DNA from: Azolla caroliniana
Taxonomy: Eukaryota; Plantae; Polypodiophyta
Direction of reading: 5' to 3'
DNA length: 64,000 bases
Assembly (NCBI GenBank): GCA_043228905.1
Contig: JBHGNT010000005.1
Span: 19,468,001 to 19,532,000, forward strand
The notes below the pieces were generated by a model. It was not told the origin of the DNA, did not search any database, and worked only from the letters and a program-made list of their open reading frames with translations. Position 1 is the stretch's first letter. Each line of letters opens with the position of its first letter. Made by a program: the position numbers and the translations under genes. Positions 13,230-23,541 of the stretch are shown here, one piece after another.

Positions 13230-13344
13230 GCGTATAAAATATTGTTTTAGGAACATCCTCCTCACTTAAACGAATTTTATAGTAGCTTATCTAGAGATCA
13301 AGTTTTCAAAAATATCATGCTCCTTGGATAAGATCAATCAAATT

Positions 13345-13783
13345 CAATGTAATTAGTTGTATGTGGCTTTTCACAAAGAAATATGATGCCTCAAGTACTC
13401 CCATGAGGTTCAAAGCGAGATTAGTAGCCCACCAAGGATTCTCACAAATACCAAGTGTGGACTACCATGAAACTTTTTCACCCACTTAAAAAAACACAAC
13501 ACTTCGATTGATTCTTACCATCACGACATATTTAAATCTTGAACTTCACCATGTTGATGTTGAAACAATGTTTTTACATGGTGATTTAGAAGAAGCTATA
13601 TATATGGAACAACCCCAAATGCTAGATAATATAGACCCTATTATGTGTGTAAACTCAACAAACCCCTATATGGCCTAAAGTAATCCCCTAGACAATGGTA
13701 TGCCAAGCTTCATAGGTTCCCCATATCAACCTAATTTCTAGATCTACCTTTGGCTATATATTTCTATTTGTAGATGGTGTCAT
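13345..13783 (+). pseudogene. Degenerate copia RT fragment
   Basis: RFKARLVA, GFSQIPSVDYHETFSP, HHVDVETMFLHGDLEEAIYMEQP, KLNKPLYGLK. Confidence 0.85.
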
Positions 13784-14540
13784 TGTCATGATGCGGCGTG
13801 CCGAGTGCGAGAAATACACAGGAATGAAGGTAAGAGGATAAAGCGTAAACACTAAACAAAAAGGTCGAGAGAGGAGGGAGGAAAAAGTAAGAGAGAAATT
13901 ACATAGCACGTGGGGAAAAGGTCAAAGAAGAGAGAAGAGAGATATAAGACATAAATATTAAAAGTTAATAAATTATTTTATAAAGTTGAATATTATAGTG
14001 GATAGAGTCATTTAAATCTATGTTAGGTGTTTAGAGTTCGATTCTAGAATGGTCGTCTTCAATGACATCCTTTTCTCATTTTAAAAGTTTAAAGTGATGT
14101 TGGCATTAAAGGCAAAATGTGGTGCCCCTCTCTCGTTGTTTTCCTATAGAAGGAGGGGTTCATTTTGCCTTCTTCATCATTTTTGGGTGGTTTTCTTGTT
14201 CTTCCTTCACTCTTACAGCCCCTTCACCCACCCTCTCCCCACGTGGTCACGTGCTCGTACGCTTGTGGCTTGGTGCACAGAGCTTGTTTTTGTCGTTCGA
14301 CGTATGTGTGCTCGTGGTTTGATGTTCGCTTTCGTGTGCTCGCGTGCTCGTACGCTTGTAGCTCGGTGGTTGGTGGTTATCTTTTGGTATTCGTTGTCTT
14401 CATATTCGCTTGCATGTGCGCTCCCATGTTTGGTGTTCATTGCTTGACTACATCTTCCTCCCCATCCCACAAGATCCTTCCATTTTGTCCTCCATACTCG
14501 TGTTCGAGCTTGTGTTTTGCTTGAGTCATCTACCAACATG
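13784..14540 (+). mobile_element. Probable gypsy LTR (right boundary uncertain)
   Basis: Starts TGTCATGA exactly where the copia RT breaks; TATA-like CCTATAGAAG at ~14143 followed by a pyrimidine-rich leader; no TSD found. Confidence 0.45.
13991..14050 (+). promoter_or_regulatory. Weak tRNA-like A/B-box module
   Basis: TATTATAGTGG 13991-14001; AGTTCGATTCT 14035-14045 in hairpin TTAGA/TCTAG; spacing 44 nt. Confidence 0.4.
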
Positions 14541-15419
14541 TTTGCGTTCACAAGTGGAAGGATCACGCATTTCACTTTTAGATTCCTTTTATAATTGTGC
14601 GGTATTCGGAAATATACAAAAAACTTGATACCCCAGTATCATGTGTTCTTCAACCTATATAGAATTTGCTAAATTATTAATATGTAACAAGTCTCAAAAT
14701 GAAAAACATGCAGTTTTTTGTACATTTTTAAAGTTGATGACCTCCAGATACGCAATGTAATTAAATTCAAGGATATCACAATGGTTTTCTCATTTGACTA
14801 TAGTTAGTTTTGAAACAATTTGGATTTTTTTTGAAAAAGTTGAGGTTTTCATGTATCCGTTGTCGTGCCTTTCGGCTCCGGATCGTTTGCGTGAGTCGGG
14901 TGGGAACCACTGGGGTTTTGGACTAGGAGAAAGAAGAATATGAGATGAGGCTAGTAATGAATAGATTATTAGAAGCTTGTGAATCCCACAAGTATTACGT
15001 TAATCAATATTTATGTAAGAATATGAATTTAGATTGAAAGAGATAGGTTATATAAAACTTCGTGAATCCCACGATTATATTAATTGGTGTTTTTAGGAAA
15101 TATATCCAATTTCCCAAATATTTTTCACACACAATTACATTGTGCTTCCCATCCTTATGTAGTGATGAGGAAGTCTTAGTAATCCATGCTTTTTCTCTAA
15201 CTATAGACCCCATGCTTTTCCTATAGATAGACTATATGCTTTATCTAAAGTGATCATGCTTTTTCTAACTTGTGCGTTTTTTTTATCAACTATAGCGTTC
15301 ATGCACGCTAGATGTGCATGTGTAGCTTTTTCTTTTAGCATGCGTTTTCTTTTAAAGTTTATCCTAGGTGAACTAAGCTTTCTATGTGGAACATCTATTT
15401 TTAAACACAAATGAAATGC

Positions 15420-15484
15420 TAGTGTAATGGTAAGACATTACATTATTAACATGGAGGTGCAAGGTTCGAATCTTGCCCTATGCA
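15420..15484 (+). promoter_or_regulatory. tRNA-like module in 3' LTR
   Basis: A-box TAGTGTAATGG 15420-15430; B-box GGTTCGAATCT 15463-15473 in stem GCAAG/CTTGC; anticodon-like arm TACAT-TATTAAC-ATGGA. Confidence 0.7.
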
Positions 15485-15514
15485 TGTTATATAAATTTTA
15501 ATATTTTCTACTAT

Positions 15515-17326
15515 TTATTCATATTTATTAAATTGGTACTTTATAAGTTTTTCACGTAGTGTACAAAATACACTACGACACTCGCCCCCTCCGAACCCGC
15601 ACATCCTCCGGTATGTGCCGAAGTTGTCGGTGATTGTTAGTCTCGTCCGTCCATTCTCCGCATGGTTGGTTTCGTCGCTGGTCATTTTTGGTTGTCGGCC
15701 CCATTCGGTCTCCCGTTTTTGGTTGTCGACTTCGCCCGGTTTCCAGTTTTGTTCGGTTGCAGGCTCTATCCAGTCTCCAATTACCGGCCCTCGTAATTCA
15801 TCTTTACTTGTAGTACCCTCCGTTTCTCTTGCTATGTCGGCTTTGTCTCTCCATTTTGAGCACATCCAATCTTTCCACCCGAACCATTGTCGCCATCCGA
15901 TCCACCATAATCTTCGTTCATTCTTTGCATTGCCATGAGTGGTTGTCATGGTCCCTTGTGGTACTCTTGAGCATCTCGGTGTGTTGTCTCTCTCCACTCC
16001 GCGCTTGTCTTCCGTAGGTTCTACCCACGCGTCGATGTCGACCTCCGAATACGCGCTCGCTGTTAGGTCCTTGTGCGGCTTTAATGCATGCTTTATTTCT
16101 CGATGTTGCGCATGCGTCGTATTAGGCCGTAGCGCATGCTTCGTATTCCATCGTAGTGCATGCGTCGTATTACCCCGTAGTGCATGCTTATTTTTGCACC
16201 GTAGCGCGTGCTTCTTTTTGCGCCGTAGCGTGTGCTTCTCTTTACGCCGTAGCACGTGCTTCTTTTGGTGCCGTAGTGCGTGCTCCGTATTACATGCTTC
16301 TCCCATCGTAGACCCGACCTTCGCGTTGTCATGCTTTTGTTTACATCGGAATTTCAGACGGATCATCTTCCATCCGAACCGGCTTCCGACTTTACCTTCC
16401 TTGTTGCCACCTCCCGTCTCTCCGGTCTCACGTTGGTTCTCGGACACAACCGCCGAAGTCTCTAGAATTAGTGGGTAGGAATCCGCGGTATTATCATCTT
16501 CCGTTGTTTCACCCATAGCCATGTTCTCCTTGGCTATCTCTCCTTCGTATGCATCGGCTTCGACCTTCGTTTCGTTGCCGCCACTTTCCTTATCTTCGGT
16601 GTTATGTCGACACCCGGGCTCGAGTACCGAAGTCTCCGAAACAATGGTGAAGGAATCCCTTCGTTCGTGCTCATTTACTTTGTCTTCCTCGTTGCCCTTC
16701 CGGTCCTCCACTTTTCCGCCGACACATTCCGTCTCTCCGGTCTCACGTTGGTGCACGGGCACAACCGCCGAAGTCTCTGGAACCGGTGTGGGGATACCCT
16801 TTCGTCCTCGATCTTCCTCCTCCTCGTCCTTTGTTGGCCTCGACTTTGGTTCGGTTTTAAGCTCCCCTTCAATGTCGACTTGCGACTTTTCATGCATCTC
16901 CGAACCCTTCCGCATCAAGCTCTCCTTCGGTGGTAGTCGGTGGCCGCTTTTCACCCACTGTTGACCGCCGTTCGTGGACCATGTCCTCGTCCGCTTCGGT
17001 CTTAGATAGTCATATGTGTCTCGTATAGCTTCTTCAAAGGACTCCCACATCGGGCTTTGTTGCCGTATCTCGTGGATTCTCTCTTGAAGCTCATCCGTAG
17101 CCACCCGGTTGAAAGATAACACTTGCAATCTTTCTGAGATACCATATCGCAACATCTCCATTTTGTAGTCACGTAGATAGCGTGACACGTCCTTTCCATC
17201 GAATTGCCCGTTCTGTTGCACGAGCCGTTGTACTACTGTCGTGATCTCCGACATCTCGCGTTGTTCTTGTAGCATTCTCTCGAACATCATCATCATCATG
17301 TTCATCGCCTCTTGTTGATTCTCCAT
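15515..17326 (-). CDS. gag: Gag-derived ~603-aa protein with repetitive acidic and basic C-terminal region
   Basis: N-terminal GQFDGKDVSRYLRDYKMEML..WESFEEAI aligns with GRFSGKDATSYLASYRAEML..WEEFQGRV of the 57649-58806 gag. Uninterrupted ORF; first ATG at 17326; stop lies inside the 3' LTR. Confidence 0.8.
   Translation of the reverse strand: MENQQEAMNMMMMMFERMLQEQREMSEITTVVQRLVQQNGQFDGKDVSRYLRDYKMEMLRYGISERLQVLSFNRVATDELQERIHEIRQQSPMWESFEEAIRDTYDYLRPKRTRTWSTNGGQQWVKSGHRLPPKESLMRKGSEMHEKSQVDIEGELKTEPKSRPTKDEEEEDRGRKGIPTPVPETSAVVPVHQRETGETECVGGKVEDRKGNEEDKVNEHERRDSFTIVSETSVLEPGCRHNTEDKESGGNETKVEADAYEGEIAKENMAMGETTEDDNTADSYPLILETSAVVSENQRETGETGGGNKEGKVGSRFGWKMIRLKFRCKQKHDNAKVGSTMGEACNTEHALRHQKKHVLRRKEKHTLRRKKKHALRCKNKHALRGNTTHALRWNTKHALRPNTTHAQHREIKHALKPHKDLTASAYSEVDIDAWVEPTEDKRGVERDNTPRCSRVPQGTMTTTHGNAKNERRLWWIGWRQWFGWKDWMCSKWRDKADIARETEGTTSKDELRGPVIGDWIEPATEQNWKPGEVDNQKRETEWGRQPKMTSDETNHAENGRTRLTITDNFGTYRRMCGFGGGECRSVFCTLREKLIKYQFNKYE
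16074..16289 (-). repeat. Nine 24-bp coding tandem repeats (xxHALRxx)
   Basis: TEHALRHQ KKHVLRRK EKHTLRRK KKHALRCK NKHALRGN TTHALRWN TKHALRPN TTHAQHRE IKHALKPH. Confidence 0.9.
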
Positions 17327-17343
17327 CTCCTTGCCACCCGCCT

Positions 17344-17360
17344 TCACGTCGGGTTCACCA
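17344..17360 (-). other. Primer binding site, tRNA-Trp
   Basis: TGGTGAACCCGACGTGA is complementary to the plant tRNA-Trp 3' end (TCACGTCGGGTTCACCA); identical PBS at 58831-58847. Confidence 0.85.
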
Positions 17361-17928
17361 ACTTGTGTCGTGCCTTTCGGCTCCGGATCGTTTGCGTGAG
17401 TCGGGTGGGAACCACTGGGGTTTTGGACTAGGAGAAAGAAGAATATGAGATGAGGCTAGTAATGAATAGATTATTAGAAGCTTGTGAATCCCACAAGTAT
17501 TACGTTAATCAATATTTATGTAAGAATATGAATTTAGATTGAAAGAGATAGGTTATATAAAACTTCGTGAATCCCACGATTATATTAATTGGTGTTTTTA
17601 GGAAATATATCCAATTTCCCAAATATTTTTCACACACAATTACATTGTGCTTCCCATCCTTATGTAGTGATGAGGAAGTCTTAGTAATCCATGCTTTTTC
17701 TCTAACTATAGACCCCATGATTTTCCTATAGATAGACTATATGCTTTATCTAAAGTGATCATGCTTTTTCTAACTTGTGCGTTTTTTTTATCAACTATAG
17801 CGTTCATGCACGCTAGATGTGCATGTGTAGCTTTTTCTTTTAGCATGCGTTTTCTTTTAACTAAAGTTTATCCTAGGTGAACTAAGCTTTCTATGTGGAA
17901 CATCTATTTTTAAACACAAATGAAATGC

Positions 17929-17993
17929 TAGTGTAATGGTAAGACATTACATTATTAACATGGAGGTGCAAGATTCGAATCTTGCCCTATGCA
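17929..17993 (+). promoter_or_regulatory. tRNA-like module in 5' LTR (B-box G>A variant)
   Basis: Same as the 15420 module but the B-box reads GATTCGAATCT. Confidence 0.6.
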
Positions 17994-18345
17994 TGTTATA
18001 TAAATTTTAATATTTTCTACTATTTATTCATATTTATTAAATTGGTACTTTATAAGTTTTTCACGTAGTGTACAAAATACACTACGACACCGTGATATAA
18101 AATGTAGTTAGATTCAAAACTATCAATATGGTATATATAGCATTTGATCTGCAGGTTTAACCATTGTATAGAGGTGTAGATTCGAGAGGTGGAAGTGATA
18201 TCTAAAGTTAATGATTATGGTTGATGCAGTCTAATCCTTAGTAAATCTAGCAAATATAATACCTTAGGCTAATGTTAGTGGAAAAACAAACATATTAAAC
18301 ATATGGATACTACTGAGAATTATTATTTATTATGTGTGTATTATG

Positions 18346-18477
18346 AGTGTCCAAGTGTATCCATTATCTTATACATGTGTATTGGTGTCTTCTTTAATGG
18401 GTGTGATGGGTATTTTACCTAGCCATGAAAGAGGACACCCATACACACGTATCTTATAATGGATACATTTGGACACT
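18346..18477. repeat. 55-bp-arm inverted repeat (hairpin)
   Basis: 18346-18400 vs reverse complement of 18423-18477: 47/55 matches; 22-nt loop. Confidence 0.9.
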
Positions 18478-18883
18478 TTGCAAGGATGAAGCGAATGTGG
18501 CTGCTAACTCGAGTGGAGAGATATGGCATAACAAGCTCGACCATATGAGCAAAAAGGGTATGCATATCCTAGTCAACCAAAAATTTCTTTCAGAAGTAAA
18601 AGGAGTGCACTTGGAGAGATGTGTTGATTGCCTAGTCGGAAAGCACAACAGAGTAGCATTCCACACAAGACCACTGAGGAGGAGAGAACTGGTCCACACG
18701 GATGTGTGCTATATCGATGCTCCATCGCACCGTGGTGGACAATACTTTGTGACATTCATCGACGACTACAACAGAAAGTTGTGGGCTTTTTGTGCTTAAG
18801 TCAAAAGATCACGTGTTGTCCATTTTCAAAGAATATCAAGTCAGATCTGAAAGAGACTCTAGTCAGAAGTTGAAGGTCGTCCA

Positions 18884-21800
18884 TGAAGAGAATAGCGTGG
18901 AATATTGCTCGACCACAACCGAGTCTTGAATCACTTGGATGGAAATCAAACACAGAAATGAGAAGTAGGGAGTGAGCGCACTTACACACACAGACAACAA
19001 TAGAGGATACACAAGATGTTTACGCGGAAAACCCTAATAGGGAAAAACCACGGGAGTCCAAAGACTCCAAACTATCACTATATAGGAAAGGTACAAACAG
19101 AGACTCAGAGGCAACAACCTTGAGCTCTGTATCTTCGCCAGCTAGTGGTTACAATAGAGTATCACTATGTATCTCTCTCTCTATATATACAACATTTATC
19201 TATCAATGACAATATGGCAATGACATCTAAAGTGTTTGCCCTAAGTCATATTTATACTTATCTGAACTCAGGGCTATTTATAAATATAGCCTCAATAGGC
19301 TCACTCAAAACAAATTTACAAAGATGTCTTCTCTTCCGGTTCTCACCGGGTCCTCTTCATTCATGACCGGATCCCATCCGGAGGGACTGATTTCCCAACA
19401 ATCTCCCCCTTCACTCCGGCATAGGGTATCTCGCCAGCCCGATCCACTTTCAGCACGCGTCGAGCTTGTCGGTTGTCAACACCTCGACTGCCACGAAACA
19501 ACTCCCCCTACATAAGTCATGACATATCCGGATGTAGACCCACTTGTATCCGCATCAGCTGACATATCCGAATCGGTGAATACGTCAAGTTGGTGATTAC
19601 CGGAGCCAAAACGAAGGCACATACTGGAGGTGCCTTTCAAATACCTGAGTATCCACTTGACCGCGTTGTCGCGAAAATACGACAAGGATACATGAACTTG
19701 AGGCAAGACACCGGGGCCTCCGACAAGGATACATGAACTTGAGGCAAGACAAGGATTACAATCAATCTCAAGATTGAGATTACAAAAAGTTTAGCTAATG
19801 GAGATTACTAGAGTAATAGATAAGAGGAAATTAAGATATGAATTCTATAGAAAATTAGGGTTTTTGGCTTCCGTAGGGAAAATTAGGGTTTTTGAGTGTT
19901 ATGGCTTCCGTAGGTAAGATTAGGGTTTTTGAGTGTTATGGCTTCCGTAGGGAAGATTATGGTTTACTTGAGAGTTATGGCTTCCCTAAGATAAGAGAGC
20001 TAAGAAAGAAAAGAAAATAATGGAGAGAGAATATGAGTATAGGAAAAAAAGTGGAATATATATGGAGCTCCTCGTTGATCATATGCATGTCTACTTTTTG
20101 TTGCATCGCCTCTACTTTTAGTTGCATAACTTCTTCTTTTAGTTGCATGGCTTGTTTTTTAGTTTCATGCGACCGTTTACATGACCTTTACTTTAGTCTC
20201 TTTTACCTTTCTTTAATTAGCCACATGATCCTTTTATCCGTTCGGTTTGCGTCCAACCTTGTCCAATCGCCGGTTCCGTTCGATCACTGATTGTTGTCGC
20301 CTCGCCAGCTCTACCGCTGGATCCAGTTTGCTTACCGGCCGGTTTCCAGTTTTGCCTTCCGACCCAATTTCGATTTTGCTTGCCTGCCCAATTCCGGTTT
20401 TTCTTCACAACCCGGTTCCGGTTTTTCTTGTCAGCCAGTTTCCGGTTTTACTTGCCGACCCAGTTCCAGTTTTGCTTACCGACCGATTTCCGGCTTTTGG
20501 GAAGTTGGCCACCATCATCCCTCAAGACAAAGTAGCCAAAGTGCTCTTAGCACAAATGAAAATGAGGCTCTCAAGGTGCTTATATAGCCAAGGCCTTAAG
20601 TTTCCTATCTATGTGGGATAAATAATAGTTCTATTTTCCCTATCTTCTCAAACATCCATCTTCTATAACATGCCATTAAGCTAATATAAAGTACTTATTT
20701 TATTATTATTGTTTTTTACATAGTGTGAGAAGATTCACACGACAACGTTCTAGTGCTCTCTTCCAAGATTGCTCATGAACCGGCTCACCACACCGACTAC
20801 ATATCCGATATCCGACCGGGTACATACCATTGTGTTGGTGTCTCTCTTTCCTTCTTCGAAGCTTTCCGGGTCCCCCTCATCGGTTAGCAACACATGCTCT
20901 GCATCTAGAAATCTCCGAGGGGCTCTGCTCTCTCGGAGAGCATATATCCGTCCTTGGTTTCTGATTACCAGTTCCTCCATTTGTTCCACATCCGAATCCT
21001 ATTCGGGATCTTGTCTGGTTCCAGTGTCTTCTTCTTCTTCTTCTTCGGTCGGTTCAGTTTCTTGTCCGTATCCGGCATGTTCCTCGAGTGTCATCCGGTT
21101 ACCTACTAACATCCGGTTTTCAATTGGGTAAGTCCTTGTGTCCACGAGCCGGTTTTCATTGGATGATCCGGAGTTCATCACGTTCGTCTCTCGACTCCAG
21201 AAGACCTTCTTGTCGACCAGATCCTACACCCGGTAACCGAACTCATCATCACCATATCCAAGGAATATGCATGGCCGGGACTTCGGGTCCAACTTTGCTC
21301 TCTTGTCCTTCGCCACATGCACGTAGACGAGACATGCGAACACCTTTAAATGCGGGTGTCGGTTTCTCTTTCCACTCTTGCATGTAGTTCCTTGAAGACG
21401 GATAGCACCTGATCCTTCGTCTTCAACGATGAAACCCACAACTTTTGGCTGTGGTCGTCTATGAACGTCACGACGTACTATGATCCGGCATGTGACTTCC
21501 TATCCACTTGACACACATCGGTATGCACCAGTTGCAGTGGTGCATTCCGTCTTATTGGTGGTCTTGACCGGAAGGAGGTTCGATTTTTCTTGTCGGCCAA
21601 GCAATTGGTGCACTTATGAATTTGCATGTCCTTCACCGGAATGAGATTGACTTCGGCAAGTCTCTTCATCCCCTTCTGACTCATGTGACACAGTCTCTTT
21701 TGCCACAGCTCACCGGTAGTGTCGGATGCAATGTTCATTTCTTCCCGGCATATCTGGGCATGCATCAACTATAGTGTGTGGACCTTCCGGGCTTGAGCCA

Positions 21801-23541
21801 CTATTAGGCTCCCTTTGCTAAACTTCAAAACTCCATTCCAAATGCTACCCATGTAGCCGCCATCATCTAGCTGACTGGCTAATATCAAGTTCAGTCGAAC
21901 CTCCAGAACATGTCGGACATCCTTCAACAGCAACTTGCATCCGGTTGATGTTGTCAATAACACATCTGCTATGCCGACAATTCGGTCCAGACACAACCAT
22001 GATCACCGGTTGTGTAGGATGAGAAGCATTTCCGATCCGGTGTCAGGTGGAACGACGTTTTGGAATCAACAACCCACGTTGTCTCGTCGCCAGCAAGGTT
22101 TAGCTCATTCTCTTCGGTAATGAGCATTAGTTCTTCTTCACTTATCGCGATTGCCGACGTTCCCTTCTGATCCGGGCCTCTTCGGTCCAAAACGTTTCAG
22201 TCCGAACTCTTCTTCGAATCGGTAGTTCCGGTTTCTTTCTCTTTCCGGAAATGTCGACAGTTCTTCTGGAAGTGCCCTGGCTTCCCACAGTAGAAGCAAG
22301 TAGGCCTCCCCCTTGACTTTGACCTCGTCCCCGACTTGTCCCAATTTTGGGGACTCCGATACCAGCCTCTTCCCCGGTTGTGGTCATCTTCTGTGACCAA
22401 GGCCTTTGAATCGGTTCCGAACTCCCGGTCCTTCCGGCGAGCTTCTTCATCTAGCAAGCTTGATTTTACCCTTGCTAGGGACGACTGCTTTCCTTCCGGC
22501 CCGGCGTTGCCCAACGTGACCACTAGCGTCTCCCAACTATCCGAGAGGGAACAGAGTAGGAGTAATGCAAGTACCTCATCAGCGAGAGGTACTTCCAACG
22601 AGGTTGCATTGTTGATCAGTCTCTGGAAGGCATTCATGTGCTCCGCCATATTGGAGCCATCCTGGTACCGGCGCCTCACTAGCTTCCGAAATACCGAAAC
22701 CCGATTAACAACATTCTTGTTCTAGAACATGATGTCAATCTTCTCCCAGAGTACATGAGCCTTGCTCTCTTCATTGAAGTTGTTGTACATGCTCATGTCG
22801 ATTAAGCACCGAATGTATGTCTTCGTCTTCATGTGCATCACCTCCCACACTGTGGCGTCGATCTTATCCGGTCTCTTGTCCCTGAACTGAACCGGCAACC
22901 AAAGATCTTTAACCACCAACATATCCCTCATCTTCGACTTCCACATTGACTAGTTGGAGCTGGTGAACTTGAACATGCCGCCGAACGATTCTTTAATTTC
23001 TTGTGTTGTTTGCTCTGATACCAGTTTCAAGAGAATAATGCGGTATATTGCTCGGCCACAACCGATTCTTGAATCACTTGGATGGAAATCAAACACATAA
23101 ATGGGAAGTAGGGAGTGAGCGCACTTACACACAGATAAGGATAGAGGATACACATGATGTTTACGTGGAAAACCCTAATAGGGAAAAACCACAGGAGTCC
23201 ACAGAATCCAAACTATCACTATATAGGAAAGGTACAAATAGAGACATAGAGGCAACGACCTCGAGCTCTGTATCTTCGCCATCCGACGGTTACAACATAG
23301 TATCGTTCTATATATCTCTCTCTCCCTATACAACAGTTATCTATCAACGACAATATGGCAACCACATCTAAAGTGTTTGCCCTAAGTCATATTTATACTT
23401 ATATGAACTTAGGGCTATTTACAAATATAGCCTCAATAGGCTTACTCAAAACATATTTACAAATATGTCTTCTCTTCCGGTTCTCACCAGGTCCACTACA
23501 TTCATGACCGGATCCCATCCGGAGGGACCGATTTCCCAACA
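18884..23541 (-). mobile_element. Internally deleted Tork-like copia
   Basis: LTRs 18884-19400 and 23027-23541; TSD GTCCA/GTTCA; tRNA-Met PBS 23012-23023; PPT next to 19401; gag with CFYCGKPGHFQKNC; large INT/RT deletions. Confidence 0.92.
19667..20744. mobile_element. Phygy-like solo LTR rich in tandem repeats
   Basis: TGTCGCGA...CACGACA; 4-bp TSD GCGT/ACGT; splits host REH.NAVKWIL; internal ~41-, ~37- and 24-bp period repeats. Confidence 0.88.

Larger units (their letters stand above)
11235..13340 (-). pseudogene. Short chromovirus-type RT remnant split by an LTR insertion
   Basis: KLDL..YYKIRLSEEDVPKTIFY|[22 protein letters not shown] after removing 11330-13229. Confidence 0.85.
14861..18089 (-). 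mobile_element. Non-autonomous gag-only LTR retrotransposon (TR-GAG-like), very young
   Basis: LTRs 14861-15580 and 17366-18089 (TGTCG...CGACA; 2 substitutions plus one 4-bp indel seen); TSD CCGT; tRNA-Trp PBS; PPT 15581-15592; single ORF and no pol. Confidence 0.93.

Noticed and set aside
15420-15484. Functional (ochre suppressor, TTA) tRNA gene
   Set aside because: There is no proper acceptor stem and no U33, and the T-loop register is irregular. It is called only tRNA-like, as are the other modules.
19855-19930. Interstitial telomere
   Set aside because: Isolated TTAGGG motifs within an LTR repeat unit, not a telomeric array.
16074-20500. CRISPR-like arrays in the 24- and 37-bp repeats (also the 28-bp repeats at 63398)
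   Set aside because: They are head-to-tail degenerate repeats without unique spacers, there are no cas genes, and the context is eukaryotic TEs.
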